A program made the position numbers and the translations under genes. From Clostridia bacterium (lineage in GTDB: Bacteria > Bacillota > Clostridia > Oscillospirales > CAG-272), in the NCBI GenBank assembly GCA_017623355.1, contig JAGAPG010000020.1, positions 2,762 through 66,761 of the forward strand: 64,000 nt of DNA, read 5' to 3'. The notes under the pieces are model-generated. The model did not search any database, was not told the origin of the DNA, and saw only the letters and a program-made list of their open reading frames with translations. Below are positions 63,922-64,000 of this stretch, piece by piece; position 1 is the stretch's first letter, and each line of letters begins with the position of its first letter.

Positions 63922-64000
63922 CGTCTTTTACAAGACAATTGTGACCTAAGGGGCGGGTCAAATCTGCGGGCACAAAATAGTGTCCAACGGGTGGGCAGCC

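Larger units (their letters stand above)
58338..64000. mobile_element. left part of an integrative/satellite-like mobile element (continues beyond the window)
   Basis: Homology between the two sRNA units ends at ~58337. Beyond that lies a minus-strand regulatory/defence operon, a divergent Xis-like gene, prim-pol/SF3 helicase genes and iterons. The region looks more AT-rich by eye (not computed). Confidence 0.6.

Noticed and set aside
1-64000. CRISPR arrays, tRNA/rRNA genes, IS transposases, reverse transcriptases
   Set aside because: I saw no regularly spaced short repeats with unique spacers, no cloverleaf-capable conserved tRNA boxes in the intergenic regions I read, and no transposase- or RT-like ORF. 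No tRNAscan or cmsearch was run, so small RNAs could have been missed.

Overview
This is a 64-kb chromosomal window that looks like a glycan-degrading Clostridia-type Bacillota genome. The evidence for that is the sepF/yggS/yggT/lspA/rluD/rsmG/miaA/queA housekeeping block, Cys-lipobox lipoproteins, and TGnTATAAT extended -10 promoters. All calls come from reading the ORF translations and DNA by eye. No searches, GC statistics or fold energies were computed.

Layout:
- 1-3.7 kb: an esterase, a GH43 xylosidase, and a small RHH+SLOG two-gene cassette bracketed by a duplicated copy of the GH43 3' end.
- 3.8-11.5 kb: azlCD plus the housekeeping block on the minus strand, then dapA.
- 11.5-26 kb: four paralogous lipoproteins, a GH92, an EEP-fold protein and a GT2/HAD-like glycosyltransferase locus, interspersed with a dispersed intergenic repeat family.
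- 26-35 kb: a TIM-barrel/CE4/CysK-like/amidohydrolase operon, then GH31-xylA-xylB.
- 35.1-43.0 kb: a compact phage head-packaging module. It has a 5'-truncated terS, terL, portal, scaffold, capsid, connectors, Dit, a Gp37-like protein, XhlA and a holin. It has no tail tube, tape measure, endolysin, integrase or replication genes.
- 43-58 kb: a HAD phosphatase, a second GH43, an SNF transporter, nagB, a second EEP protein, two GH2 enzymes including a beta-mannosidase, and a 934-aa uncharacterised glycosidase.
- 58.3-64 kb: the edge of a second mobile element. It carries an XRE repressor, an HTH-ImmA/IrrE metallopeptidase, a DUF4411 PIN-like protein and two small ORFs, with a divergent Xis-like HTH, a prim-pol/SF3 helicase and iterons.

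The most unusual signals:
- A two-copy, promoter-to-terminator unit encodes a roughly 75-nt three-way-junction RNA with compensatory base changes. One copy sits exactly at the junction with the 58-kb mobile element.
- The ImmA-HTH/PIN/split small-ORF operon.
- The tail-tube-less phage structural island.
- The RHH-SLOG cassette flanked by duplicated gene-end repeats.
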